Assembly: GCA_030390025.1 (NCBI GenBank)
Contig: CM059453.1
Coordinates: 6,324,001-6,388,000, forward strand
Source: Squalus acanthias
Lineage: Eukaryota
Direction: 5' to 3'
DNA: 64,000 bases
Below the pieces are notes generated by a model that was given only the letters and a program-made list of their open reading frames with translations, ran no database searches and was not told the DNA's origin. Both the position numbers and the translations under genes were made by a program. The first letter of the stretch is position 1. Each line of letters begins with the position of its first letter. Positions 1 through 12,617 of the stretch are shown in pieces.

Positions 1-722
1 AGTACTTAAAAAGCGTTGAATTAATGCAGTCTTTGTTCGTGCCTTTCCCTATCCAGCGCTCATTTACCCGCTTTTAATTAGATCTTAATTAAAAATTAGA
101 TATTTCAATAACGTGAAAATCAGTTCAAGTTATGATTTCTTTGATCATTCCAATCCCACGGCTACAAATGCTATTTCTGCTGAAGCCTTCTTCAGATTGA
201 CACTTGAGGAACCTGCTCTGCTTCTCCCACAGAAGGTGGTTTTAACCGTCCTTTCTCTGGTCTGTCCATGTCTTGAGCATTGTCGTTCGATATTGACGTT
301 TCTTGACAACAGAATCGAGATCTCTCTGGTTCTGCATTAATCTCCATCACATAGGCAATTGCTGGTGCCGAACGAGGTATACGAGAGGATGAAATACTCG
401 TGACATTTGAGGAGTTAACGTTAATTCTAAGTCCAGCGTGCAAAATTTGTTCACTGGACAATATCCATGATACAAATCATTTGGAGATATAACGACTAAT
501 GTTTAAATAAGTGTTGCCATATTTTACCCGATGAGGCATAAAACTGCATTACAACTGCGAGGAGTAATTCAGAATGGTGACACACTTGCAACACGTGGCA
601 GAGAAAAATTAACAAAATTTGATTTTCTTGTTATTTCTTTCACAGATTTAATTGTAAGCCATCGATCACCCGTTTTAACCCTGAAATGTACCTAACAAGC
701 TGGTTTTCTCCCGTTTTTATAG

Positions 723-1034
723 AAAAGCCAGAGATTTCAGGTTCTGGGGAATTGATCGCTGGACAAACTGCACGATTGACCTGTTCCGTCACGCACAACT
801 GCCCGGATGGCAACCTGAAACTGAAGTGGATTAATTACAATGTGTCCCTTCCTCCCCCAATGGATACTCAAAATGGAGCAGAAATTAAAAATGAAAGTTC
901 AGGTTCTCGGAAAGTTTCATCCGTCATCATCTTCACACCATCATCTGCTCATGACGGGAAAATTCTGGGATGCTCAATTCTAATTGATGGTATCCCAACT
1001 CCTTCAGCACAAAATCTTACCTTGGAGATTGAAG
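723..1034 (+). CDS. Gene A Ig domain 2 exon
   Basis: tag|AAAAGCCA..GAAG|gtaagt; [28 protein letters not shown]. Confidence 0.88.
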
Positions 1035-4000
1035 GTAAGTGTCCTGTCTAAAGTAAACAGATTTATCCTATCGGACAACCGGCTCCAAATTTTCACTTTT
1101 ACCACAAGTAATTTATCAGGGGTTAGAACTGCATCAACGGATGCATCATGAAAAGCTCAGCCTCTGTACCAGGAGAGCTCACTTCGATAATCAATGGTTC
1201 GGAATGGCTCTCATCTAATTCTCATCAGTCAGATTACATTAGAAACATTCATATCCATGAATCAATGATGCTGCCTCCAACAGATATTTTAATGTGATTG
1301 TTAATCTTTATTCTATGAACTTCCAGTCAGGTTCTGAGTTTAGTCAGTCATAAATGGAAGAAACAAAGGCCATGCCGAGTTACGATCTGAAGCTCGGACA
1401 CCAGATCTCAGCTCTGGTTGGGCTTAATAAAAACTTAAGATTTAGGAAAATGACTTCGCCATACGGCCCATTCGAGCCTGCACCGCCACTCCGGCAAACT
1501 TGTCTGATCATCGAACTCAACACCAATTTCCCGTCCGATCCCCATACCCAATACAATGAATTAATGAAGAACTCAATTATGCTTATTCGACAATCACGTT
1601 TTGCATTAACGCCTGTTTCAGATGGACTGGAAATCCCAACCGTCAACTCCTCTATAGTAGCTGTGGAAGGAAGTTCATTATTATTATACTGCACGGCCTG
1701 TGGGAAACCCCTGGTCAGTTTAAGATTTGTGAAAAATGGTGAAGAGATGAGCAAATCATCCACCGGTGAACTAAAGCAGTTATTCCCCAGCATTCGTTCT
1801 GAAGACGACGGTGAATATTGGTGCATAGCTGAAAATGCTGTGGGCACCAAAAACCGCTCCACACAGATTTCTGTACAATGTAAGTATGCATGAATCTTCA
1901 ATTAGATAGTAGCCTTTCATTTCAAGAATTCTGCATTAAATTCCAATTTTCTCTTGCCTGCTTGCTGGAAGGCCCCCGTGTGCATGAGTTCTGGATAGTT
2001 TCACCACTTCCCGAGGAAATAGCGGCACACTACCTCGATGGATCCAATAATGTAAACTACCCTGGCATCTCGCTCAGTATGACAGGAGTGGAAACTGGCA
2101 CAATGTCTCATAAATGCAGCAGGTCTTATATTTATGAGGTGACGACAAGGCCACATTTACTGGGAACTTTACTCAACATCTAATTGTTAATAAATTATAC
2201 TCGTAGTCTGAAGTAAACAATTTTCCAATCCTTAGAACTGACATGCAGAAATTTGATGAGCAGAAGTTCTGCAAAACAACTGTGATAAAATGGTGTTAAG
2301 CCAACTTCTGTTAATTGTATTAATGTTGTGTTAACAGTGTAATATTCCGAGACAAGGTACTTTGAGCTGTCGCCTTGTTAGCCGAACATTTATTGAAGAA
2401 TCACTTCAGTCCAACACAAACGAAGATGTTGAAAACAGTACACAAAGTGAAGAAATTGAAATTAATTGACCCGTTAAAATAGTGACGGGTGAATCACGTT
2501 TGTGGGTATATTATAGATAATTAACACGCTGAGCTTGCTCCGTCTGAGGAACCGCCCACAATATCTGTCAGGACAGGTCTGGTTGGACTGAACACCAATT
2601 AGTTTTAAAATGAAATTGTTCCTAACGAGCTCACCTGTTATAAGTGAAAATATAATGAGCCATCAACTGGTGCAACATATGCTGCTTCATCTTAAAATAT
2701 ATCTACCAGAACTATTATGCTAACTTCAACTCATGAATTAATTGTACTTCGACACTGCAACTACTTACATGAGCATTTACTATTGAAGTTTCCATTTTTT
2801 TTCGATAAACCCACAATCTTAGCAGGCCCGACATGCACCAATTCTGTGAATTGGACGAATTGTAGCTGCCGGATCAGAGCCAACCCCCCGGGAAACATCA
2901 CGTGGAGCCTCAATGGGAGAATCCTCACTGGGGACAGGTCAGATGCGGAAATCAGCTCCAGGGCGGTGAATAGTCACCTCATGGAGAGCTCCCTGAGATT
3001 GACTCACTCAACAGGAACTGGACAAATGATCTCATGTGTTGCAGCAAATGAGCACGGTGATTCTGTCAGTAAATACCAGCTCCACTCTGAGGGTACATGT
3101 TTAATCTATCTTTAATGTAAAACTATAAGCGAGTTCTTCCATCATGATCAGTCACTAACTGAACGGTGTTAGTGTCTGCAAATACTAGCAACATTCAGCA
3201 GAAATCTATCTCAAATTAGTGTAAGGACCTACTTTAATCAGTGGTCAATCACCAACTGAAAGGTGAGGTCGGCATTATCCATTTTAACTTTCATTCTTCG
3301 GCAACTTGTTCGGTTTATATTTTCAAGATAAGTTGACATTATCTGAGCACCAGAAATAGCCAATGATCTTGGAAAACAAATTCTTCTGAATTAAGATAAA
3401 CCCTTTAGAAAATCCGAAATTATCTCAATACATGATAGCAAACTGAAATCTACCCTTTTGTAGCTACATTCTCATTTCTATCTTGTTCAGACGCATTGGT
3501 GTATGTAGAGCCGATATTCAATAGCCTAAGCAAAATTGAATTACCGCTATAGACTATAAAACTTACCGCTGCAACTGGTGACCTTGCCGGGCCTGAATTC
3601 CGCTCACATTAAGTCCACTGTTTTTCCTAGGGTGGGTTGTGGAGTGAACTTAATTTGTCAATTGAGATTTTTTCATCAGTGAATCTTAATTTATTAATTG
3701 CAATTCATGCCAGGCCGCAACACAGGAATAAAATGCTTTTACGCAAGGATCATCAGGTTGAGACAAGTGGAGTACATAATTTACCATTAGCTTTCTGATC
3801 CGAACAAAAAGGAAACTTGCTTCATCACACTTTTAAGTGTGCTTCCAAGATTGTTGTTTTACCCCAAATTCCTAATATAGAGCAATGTTATCCAACATTT
3901 TAGGAATAATCTCCAGGACAATCTTCCTCATAATAGGAGGAGGAACCATTGGGCTTGTTATTCTAATTGCAGTCGTACTCACGCTGAAAATAAAAAGGTA

Positions 4001-7000
4001 GGTGTGATTATTCATTATACAGAATTAAGTTTCAAAGGAAAACTGCATCAGAACGTCCGTGTATCAAAATCTCCTTTAAATTAAACTCCCATGAGTACAG
4101 TGGGCATCAGCCTAAACTGGTGCGTAAAGTAGGAAGGCCAATCATCCCTGACCAGTCGCTCGCATCTCCAAGCATCAAATACAGAGTAATATTAGTGTCT
4201 GCTTGAATCAGGCTGTCTGTACATTCTTCCTGTTATGTTCCTGGGGTCTGTTTTCTTCTGTTTAAAGTGGACATTTTTGGACTTCTGATCGCTGGCGCTC
4301 TTTGTGCCAGGGAGGGTTTACATTTCCCGTGCAATCTGGATAAAGTTTTCAGCATGCTCAAATATTGGGCATACAAGCCCTTTCAGTTTTTTTCTGCTGC
4401 TGGTTTCATGAGGCGCCCTCACACGAGCCTCCTTGTCATGACTGACTCTCAGCATAACACTACACCAGATTGACACTTAACTTCTATCAATCAAGCTAGT
4501 CCAGCAAACAGTAAAACAACAAGCAAATAGTAAAATAAACGTGACACATATGTTTACAGTAGTTGTTAAGTTTGTTTGGCTCAAGGAGTAAAACATTATA
4601 TTTCAAAATTGGGTGTGAGTGATGTGCTAAAATATGATATTAGCAGTTATTTATGTTGCGCTTGTTATCTTAATCTTACCAGTGATTTCATTTATTTGGA
4701 CTGACTAGCTCTCTTTGAAAGCTTTAGAAAGACTCGCTGCTTCTAATAGACAGGCTGATAATTTTCTTCAGAATTGTGACCGGCTCCAACTGAATTCAAA
4801 TAACACTGAGTTAGGTTTACAATCTGCTGCCAATGAAATTTGTCCTTCGACCGATCGGACAGGATGTTTACAATTGAAATCTATGACGTTACTTATCGGA
4901 TAGGCGCCGCCCCTCAACAGCCAATTTATCGACAACAACCGCAACAACATGAGCCAGAACACTCTTGTGAGTGGTGCTAGCTTTTAACCCTTCATGTAGC
5001 ATGATATATTTAAATAAGGCAATTCCATGTTTACTAATATCAACTAAGCAATGATCGCAAAATGATTGATGAGGAATATAGATGTATTCCTAATTTCTAA
5101 CTCCAATGTGTTGAAGTGGTCTACCTAATAATAGAAAGGACTGCGTTGACAAATTGAAACAATTGCATCTGCAATTGCCCTGTTTGAAATCATTAATAAA
5201 CCTCCCACTGACCGTTATTTATCACAATCAACTTTCACCTTGAGCAATCAGCACCGTATCATTAACGTATATTAATGCCAATCATAGATAAAGTAAAATG
5301 TTCCCTTTTGAAATGCTGGCTGGTGGAAATTGAAAAGAATTGGGTTGCGGATCTGGTCTGTGCTAATCGGGAGATGTAAAAGACACAAGGTGCCACTTAA
5401 AAGGTTATTACATAACATTAGGGCTCATGGGGTTGGGTTAATATACTTGCATGGATAGAGGATTGGTTGACAGGGAGAAAACAGAGAGTAGGTATAAACG
5501 GATCTTTTTCAGGTTGGCAGGCTACAGCTAGTGGGGTGCCGCAATGATCAGTGTTGAGGCCTCAGCTATTTACAATCTATATTAATGATCTAGATGAAGG
5601 GACCGAGTGTAATGTATCCAATTTTGTTGATGATACAAAGCTAGGTGGGACAGTAAGCTGTGAGTAGAAGACAAAGGGGTAAAAATTCACTTGGTTGCGC
5701 CTCCCGTTAGCGCCGTAAGAGGGCGCTAATGGGGCGCAAAGCCGCTAACGCCCGGGCGCAGCGATGTTTGCGCCGCTCGAGAACTTAACTTGAGATTGTG
5801 CGGCGGCGCTAAAACTTACCGCTGCGACCACCTGCGCGCGCAGATTGTGACGTCATTCCATGGTGCAACGCCCTTGTGGCGCCCCGTAGCGGAAATTGAG
5901 TGGCGCCCCCTGCCTTACCGCCTGGCGCTTCCAATGACCAGAAGACTGGAACGCTATCAATCGCTGTGGGGCTGGGGGGGCGCTATTTAAAGGGGGCCTC
6001 TTCCTGTCTTTTATTGTTGGTGGCATTTTTGAACTACGCATTCTGAGAGAGAGAGGGAGAGACTTCTGGAGAGATTCAACGTTGTGTGAAGGAGTTTTGG
6101 GTACTGAGCAGTACTTTGCAGGTTCCTTTTGATTTGCCATTCCTTGTATCGATTTAGCAGAGACTGTGGGAGCTGCACTCTGAGCTCTTTGCCTGGTACT
6201 CTCCATTGTTCTTTCCAGCACATTTGATGTGCAAGTCTCTCCAGGCCGAGATTCAAGGCAGCAATGAACAGGATGTGGATGGAAAGCAAGATTAACCATC
6301 CCCTTTAAGAACTGGCCCGTGCCATTGTGTGTGTGTTCCATTGCTGACTGACATTACATGAGCTTCGCCAGCGCTCCTAGTTAGCGCCTCACTGCTCGGC
6401 CTTTGTGCCTTAAGAGAGGTGTGCAGCGCCTGCTTTAGCGCTCCACTCACCTCCCGGGGCGGTAAAAGTGAAGTTTCCTGTCAGTGCCGATAATTAGCGC
6501 CAGGTGCTAATATTTGCGTCCGGACGATATTTGCGCCCCAAATGGGGCGCGACCTAATTTCTACCCCCAAGAGTCTGCTAAGGTATATAGATAGACTAAC
6601 CTTCACTTACCTAGCGCACGAGCCATTGTGCTGTGGGCTCGCATGTGATACCAGTCCTGGTTCTCCTCCAGCTGCAGGTGTGCCGTGCTTGCGTATCCCA
6701 GGGGCGCTGTTATTTCGAACCGTGCCCTGGGATCACGTGGGCCATGGAGAGCCAATCGGAGTAGGGAATCTCTATTCATAGATTTGACATGAAGACTTGT
6801 CAAATCTATGAATAGAAATCACTCCCAAAACCGAACTAAAACTTCAAATCAATTAAGAAAAAAAGTAACATTTTAAAAATAACTATAAGTTACATAAATT
6901 AACTATTTTAAACAAAAATTTACATTTTTGAAAACATTAATTGCTGTTTTTAACGGGGCAAAAAATAAACTTTCCTTTCATTAAAGTATTTAAAAAAGAT

Positions 7001-10000
7001 AAACCTGTGGAAAAAAAAAAAAATTGCACTTAATTCATCACTTACCTTATTAAAAGCAGGCCTTGCGCCTGCTCTTTCCACGCGCAGCGGCCAGGGACTT
7101 AGCCACACTTCAAAACCTGTAATAAAAAACGGAAGTTCGCTGCGTGCGCGCTGCCTTTCCGGCGCACGCGTTTTACTTCCGAAACCCTTCATTCAAGGGA
7201 ACGGAAGTTCCGGTTTCCAGCGCATGCGCAGTGCATACTCGAAACCGGCACTTTCGTTGGGTTTGCGGGTGAGCACACAGCGAGTACTCACCCGTGGAGT
7301 CCCGAATTTTTGGCCCAGAGTGGGCTGTTAGGAGGCAGATGGAGAATAATGTAGGGAAATGTGAGGTTATTCACTTTGGTAGAATGAATAGCAAAACAGA
7401 ATATTTTTTAAATGGTGAGTAACTTTGAAATGTTGGTATTCAGAGTGATTTCGCTGTCCTCGTTCAAGAAACACAGAAAGCTAGCATACAGATACAGCAA
7501 GCAATAAGGAAGGCAATGGTATGTTGACCTTTATTGCAAGTGGGTTGGAGTATAAGAGTAAGGAAGTCTTGCTAAAAGTGTACAGGGCCATAGTGAGACC
7601 ACACCTGGAGTACTGTGCTCAGTTTTCTTCTCCTTTTCTAAGGAAGAATATACTTGCCATTAAGGCGATCCAAGGAATGTTCAGTAGGTTCATTCCTGAG
7701 ATGAGAGTGCTGTCCAATGATGAGAGATTGTGAATAATGGGACTGCATTATCTGGAGTTTAGAAGAACGAGAGGTGATCTCTTTGAAACATACACGATTC
7801 TGAAGGGGATTGACAGGCTAGATGCTGACAGGTTGTTTCTCACGACTGGAGTGTCTAGAAAAAGGGGGTATAGTCCCCGGATAAGGGGTAGGCCATTTAA
7901 GACCGAGATGAGGACGACATTCTTCGCTCAGAGGGTTGTGAATCTTTGGAATTCTCTGCCCCAGAGGGCTGTGGCTGCTCAGTCTTTGAGTAAATTCATG
8001 GCTGAGATAGATAGATTTTTGGACTCCAGGGGAATCAAGGGATGTCCGACGGGAAAGTGAGGTTGAGGTCGAAGTTCAGCCATGACCTTATTGAATGGCG
8101 GAAAAGTCTCCAGGGGCCGTATGGCCGACTCCTGCTCCTATTTCTTATTTCTTATGTTCTTAAATCTTTCCTGACCCACTGACGTCCTCATCGCGCAGGC
8201 GCTGTGTGCTTTCACTAAACATACCAGTTAATTAAGTCAAGTGCCTCGTTTGCTTTTGTTATTATTCAGGAAGAAACACGGAGAAGCTGCACGTGTCTCC
8301 GAAGCACACGATGATTTGATGATTTACAGTCGGGTGCAGTACGCACGAAAGGCAGACGTAAGTGATGCAAAGCTGGGCTGACAATTGAAGGATGTTTGAG
8401 GTGCTTTCAAACAGCAATGACTCATAACGTGCAATACCCAACAGATAAACTGGAGTGTCAGAAACTTGTTGACCATTAAGGGAGGATTAACCGCCTCACT
8501 TCGCTAAGAGTGAAACCTAGCTACAGACTATACGTGTAGTGACCGACTAAATCCAATTAGGGAGCATTTCTCACCTTGGAGTTCCTTCAAAAGACACATT
8601 CTTAATATAAGAATGCGTTTCCAATGTCATCTTACCCCCTACCAATTAGGTCTCATCTGTTAAATGCCCAACAAGATCACAAAGTGTCAGCGACCCAGAG
8701 GGGATAATCGTTGCCATTCCTCAGGTTTATGTGCAACTTCCGAGTTGCATCTTGCTGCCGATGTGGGCCCCGTGTTCCCCACCTTTGGGTAAGAAGGTTG
8801 TGGCTTCAGGCTTCGCTCCAGCATTTGAACCTATAATCTGGGCTGATACTTCACTTCAACACTGAAGGTCTGCAGCATTGCCGGATGACCCGTCCTTTCG
8901 ATTAGATGTTAAACGAGTCCCCGTTTGTTTCCTCCTATGGAGGGAAACGATCATATGGTCCTATTGTGGGGTCGGATGAGAGGTGTCCCAGTGCCCTTGC
9001 TAACATTTTTCCCTCAATGAACACCAGCTAAAACAGATTAATTCGCCATTCACCCAATTAACTGGTTGCTGCATTTTTCCTACAATAGCGGCAGGAATTC
9101 TAAAGTTATTATTTGCATAGCAGCGCTTCGGTCTTAATAATCACAGAATCATACAGCCCAGAAGGAAGCCATTCAGCCCATGGTGCCTGACCTGGCTGTT
9201 TGAAAGAGCTAAATAATTAGTCACACTACACTGCTTTTTCCCCTTAGCCCTGATTTAATGTTTTTTTTCATATTCACGCATATATCAATTTTCCCTTTGA
9301 AAGTCACGATTGAATCTGCTGCCACCGCCCTTTCAGATGTGCATTCCAGATCACAACAACCCGCTGAGTTTAAAAAAAACCTTCTCACCTCTCATTTTGT
9401 TCTTAACTCAAATATCTTCAATCTGTGTTATCTGGTTAGCGAAGCTCCTGCCAGTGGAAACAATCTCTCCTGATTTACTGTATCAAAATTCTGCAGAATT
9501 TGGATCACCAATATCTAATCTCCCTTTATCATTCTCTACACTAAGGAGAACAACTCCAGTTACCCTAGACTTTCCGTTTAAGGGCGGTCCCCCATTTCTC
9601 CTATAATTCTAGTAAATTTGCACTGTATGCTCTCTAATGCATTGACATCCTTTTGACAGTGTTATGCAAGAATTGGACACAATACTCCAGCCGGGCATAA
9701 CCACTGATGTGCAAAGATTCAGCGTATCTTCCTTGTTTTCATAATCTGTACCTCAATTTATAAAAACCCGGATCAAGTATGCTATTTAGAAGCCTAGAAT
9801 CATAGATTTTTACAGCACAGAAAGCGACCTTTCGGCCAGTAGTACCTGTGCTGGCTGTTTGAAAGAGGTTCCCAATTTAGTGGCACACCCCAGCCTTATC
9901 GACTCGTTCGAATATACAATTTCACGTTCTTTATTTCTTGCATCAAGACTTAACAACGCTCATTTCATGGATCAGTACCATTAGAAAACTTACAAGTGAT

Positions 10001-10269
10001 AAAATAGTGAGATTTTTTCTGTTGCAGACAGCACTCTCCCATCGCATTCTGCTCCATATCTGCAATAACTCCACATCCAACACAAATACCTTCCGTTACA
10101 GAGGGACCAACAGTGTACAGAGGCTGGTCGTGGCGCCGCACAATCGACTAAACCAGCTCAGACTGACGAGATTGCGTACGCGACCGTCAATGTCTCCAAC
10201 TTCGGCAAACATCATCAATATATTCAAAATGAGGAGACCTGCGAATATGCAGCAATTAAACAGAACTGA
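723..10269 (+). CDS. Gene A: paralogous Siglec-like receptor, 5' end outside the window; join(723..1034,1622..1879,2805..3092,3904..3997,8270..8357,10102..10269); possibly decaying
   Basis: Exon-for-exon match to gene B (312/258/288/94/88/168 nt) with open frames, but the Ig4 acceptor is CG instead of AG and the Ig3 C-strand Trp is Phe. Confidence 0.8.
1622..1879 (+). CDS. Gene A Ig domain 3 exon
   Basis: cag|ATGGA..CAAT|gtaagt; [12 protein letters not shown]. Confidence 0.88.
2805..3092 (+). CDS. Gene A Ig domain 4 exon (canonical acceptor mutated)
   Basis: Homologous to 43399-43686. Preceded by tcg rather than tag; donor G|gtacat is intact. Confidence 0.7.
3904..3997 (+). CDS. Gene A transmembrane exon
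   Basis: tag|GAATA..AAAG|gtaggt; [31 protein letters not shown]. Confidence 0.88.
4904..4966 (+). other. Candidate 63-nt alternative cassette exon with in-frame TGA (gene A)
   Basis: tag|GCGCCG..CTCTT|gtgagt; in phase 2 it reads [16 protein letters not shown]; 61/63 identical to 45200-45262. Confidence 0.55.
5676..6567. mobile_element. MITE-like non-autonomous DNA transposon, specific to copy A
   Basis: Terminal inverted repeats GGGGTAAAAATT / AATTTCTACCCC. The CR1 sequence resumes on both sides and the element is absent from paralogue B. Confidence 0.75.
6600..7317. mobile_element. MITE-like element (CACGTG-GGCC..CCAAT family), specific to copy A
   Basis: Ends GAATTTTTGGCCC, AT-rich core, shares motifs with 10650-11378 and 11873-12617. 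Confidence 0.6.
8270..8357 (+). CDS. Gene A cytoplasmic exon ([29 protein letters not shown])
   Basis: ttcag|G..GAC|gtaagt, 88 nt. Confidence 0.82.
8785..9130 (+). mobile_element. Degenerate DeuSINE
   Basis: Diverged match to 13965-14435. Confidence 0.55.
10102..10269 (+). CDS. Gene A last coding exon with ITIM IAYATV and distal TCEYAAI
   Basis: ttacag|AGGGAC..TGA, 168 nt, phase 0. Confidence 0.88.
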   Translation, partial: RDQQCTEAGRGAAQSTKPAQTDEIAYATVNVSNFGKHHQYIQNEETCEYAAIKQN

Positions 10270-10649
10270 AAGTTAACAGGAGTTATACTGTCAGCGCGGA
10301 TGGTCTTGAGAAAGACAATACTTCAAAACACCTGATGACATAAAGTAAATCAAACAACTTTGCATTGCAACAAGGACTATGAGAATGGTGGTCGTTCAGA
10401 AAATCAGTCGCATGTTTTTCTTTACGTTCCCAAAGTAGAGTTCATTGGAATAGTTTTGACAGTGTGAATTTTTCATTGATGTAACTTTTCAAATTGTTTT
10501 ATATATTCTTTGAAAATATCAATTTTACGAACCATTACTAAGTTCGTCTCTGTCTGTTAACCTATTGAAATCCATTGGCCCGCAGTATGAACCCGCACAA
10601 CCGGGGACCAGGTTGCCAAAAAAGTTTGCAATGAAACACCAGAGACAAT

Positions 10650-11378
10650 GGCCCTGAATTTCCGTTCGGAGGCTTCCTTCGGGCGGATGACTCCGATCCG
10701 AAAAATATCGACCAACTTACCTGCTGGTTTCGTAGATACCGAGGCTTGCGATCCTGGGTCTCTCTTCTTTGAAATGCGCAGAAGCCAACGTATCCCAATG
10801 GGTGCATTCGCTGCGCAAGCGCCCCTGGGTTCACGTGGGCCAGCCGAACCAATGGAATAAGGGAATCCCACTTCACACCTTTGAAAGTTCCGTACGCACA
10901 GAACTGTCAAAATTATGAATGGGGATGACTAAAAAAATGCACCAACACACTGAAATAAATAAAGAAAAAACATTACATATATAACATTGATTGAAAAGCC
11001 ATTTATTTAAATATAAAGGAAAAATTTAATTTGTTGAAAAATATATTTAAATGTTTTAAATTGGCTAAAAATAACCTTACCTTTTTGCACAGGTTAGTTA
11101 ATGTTGAAATGATTGAAAGAAAAATTATGTTATTTTAAACTCTTCTGCTGGTAATAATTATTTGGACTTTCAGCGGGCGGAAGTTGTGCAAAAAGCGTAA
11201 CTTTCCACCACAGAGGCCCATCTTCCGGGGATGCGGAGGATCTGTCCAGAATATTCTTGACAGATCGCAAGTGCCAGGTATGAGCGCATGCCCTTCGCAT
11301 GCCTAAACTCGGCACGTGCGCGGCCCCTACGGGTGCGGAAACCTGGTGCGTACCAGTAGGATCGCAAAATTCGGCCCC
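10650..11378. mobile_element. MITE-like element (paralogous copy at ~49625-50395)
   Basis: Imperfect TIRs GGCCCTGAATTT / AAATTCGGCCC; GC-rich arms around an AT-rich centre. Confidence 0.65.
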
Positions 11379-11872
11379 TAAACTTTACTTGCTGGTGCGC
11401 CTAAAAATCGGACCCTAATTTAAAAAGATCCATAATTATGCGCTTAGACGAGTTCTGGCGAGAGATCCAAATAATTTGAATTTGTCAGCCCTGGAATTGC
11501 GGTGTCTGAGATGGCAAAGTATGCCGTCGTAATCCCTTTGAGATGCGCTGTAATTCCAGATTTCTGGAACTTGCGGCTTGTTAACCTAACTATTGACAGG
11601 CCATCCGCAGGGGCTCTGATGCAGCAATCGCTGACGCTGAGTTGGGCTATTTGCCGAGCGACTGGCCAGCAATTGCCCACGTAAGTCGTACAGTTGAAGC
11701 AAGTAGGTAAGGGTCTGTTTACATCAGCGTAAGGACATATCTAAGGCTAAAATAAAACATTTAAAAATCCAAATTTTATGCACATACATTATACTAAATG
11801 TGTTTATGCAAATATAGGCCCGATTACAGTTTTAAAGATGTATGAAATTTGTATCAAAAAATAATTTTTATT

Positions 11873-12617
11873 GGCCCTGAATTTGCGGTCGGAGGCGCAC
11901 TTCCGGAGTAAACCTCCCACCTGTGAAATATTTCCGAACTTACCCCATGGCTCCACAGCTGAGGAGAATTCGGATCCTGGGCCTCCCAGCGTACGCATGC
12001 TAAAGGCTCATGGATCTCAGGGACGCAGACGGCCCGGAAGCGTCCCTGGGATCACGTAGGCCGGGTCCTCCAATGAGAATGGGGGATTCCATTGCAGTCA
12101 TTTACGAAGGAAATCCACTAAGGATATGCAAGGTAATCCATAAATAATGATACAATTCAGACAACTCTAATAAATTGATACCAAATTTCCTGAATCACAC
12201 CAAATGCAATGAAAATGTATTTTTTTGAAAAATAATTTTAAACATTTAAAGTTGGACCAATATTTGCACAAACTAATTTTAAGTGTTTGTGCATAATTTG
12301 TTTTTATTCTTGAATCAAATTTTATTTAATCCCCTGCGCTAGTGAAAGCAGGCCCGATGCCTGCATTTTACAGCCATCTGTGTTTCGTGGTCAATTGCTG
12401 TGCAGTAGTTGGGCAAATAGCCTAACTGTGCGCCAGCGAAGGTGATTTATCTGTCGTTTCTTTAGATCTGTCCAGGCGTACCATGACAGTTCACAAGTTC
12501 CGCGTTTGCGCGCATGCGCAACGCATTTGTAGACCCGGAATTTGCGGTGTCCAAACTGAAGGATTAGGATGGCATAGGCTGTGCGTATGCCGTCAAAGAC
12601 ATCATAAATTCAGGCCC
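11873..12617. mobile_element. MITE-like element (the copy in B, ~50588-53103, is split by a CR1)
   Basis: TIRs GGCCCTGAATTT / AAATTCAGGCCC. Confidence 0.65.

Larger units (their letters stand above)
5380..8160 (+). mobile_element. Degenerate CR1 LINE 3' part, interrupted by two non-autonomous DNA elements
   Basis: RT C-terminal motifs ([29 protein letters not shown]) and CR1 tail. The uninterrupted counterpart is at 45670-46740. Confidence 0.85.

Noticed and set aside
9938-10276. 112-aa ORF overlapping gene A's last exon
   Set aside because: Wrong frame; the exon's phase-0 frame from 10102 gives the ITIM and is conserved in B and C.
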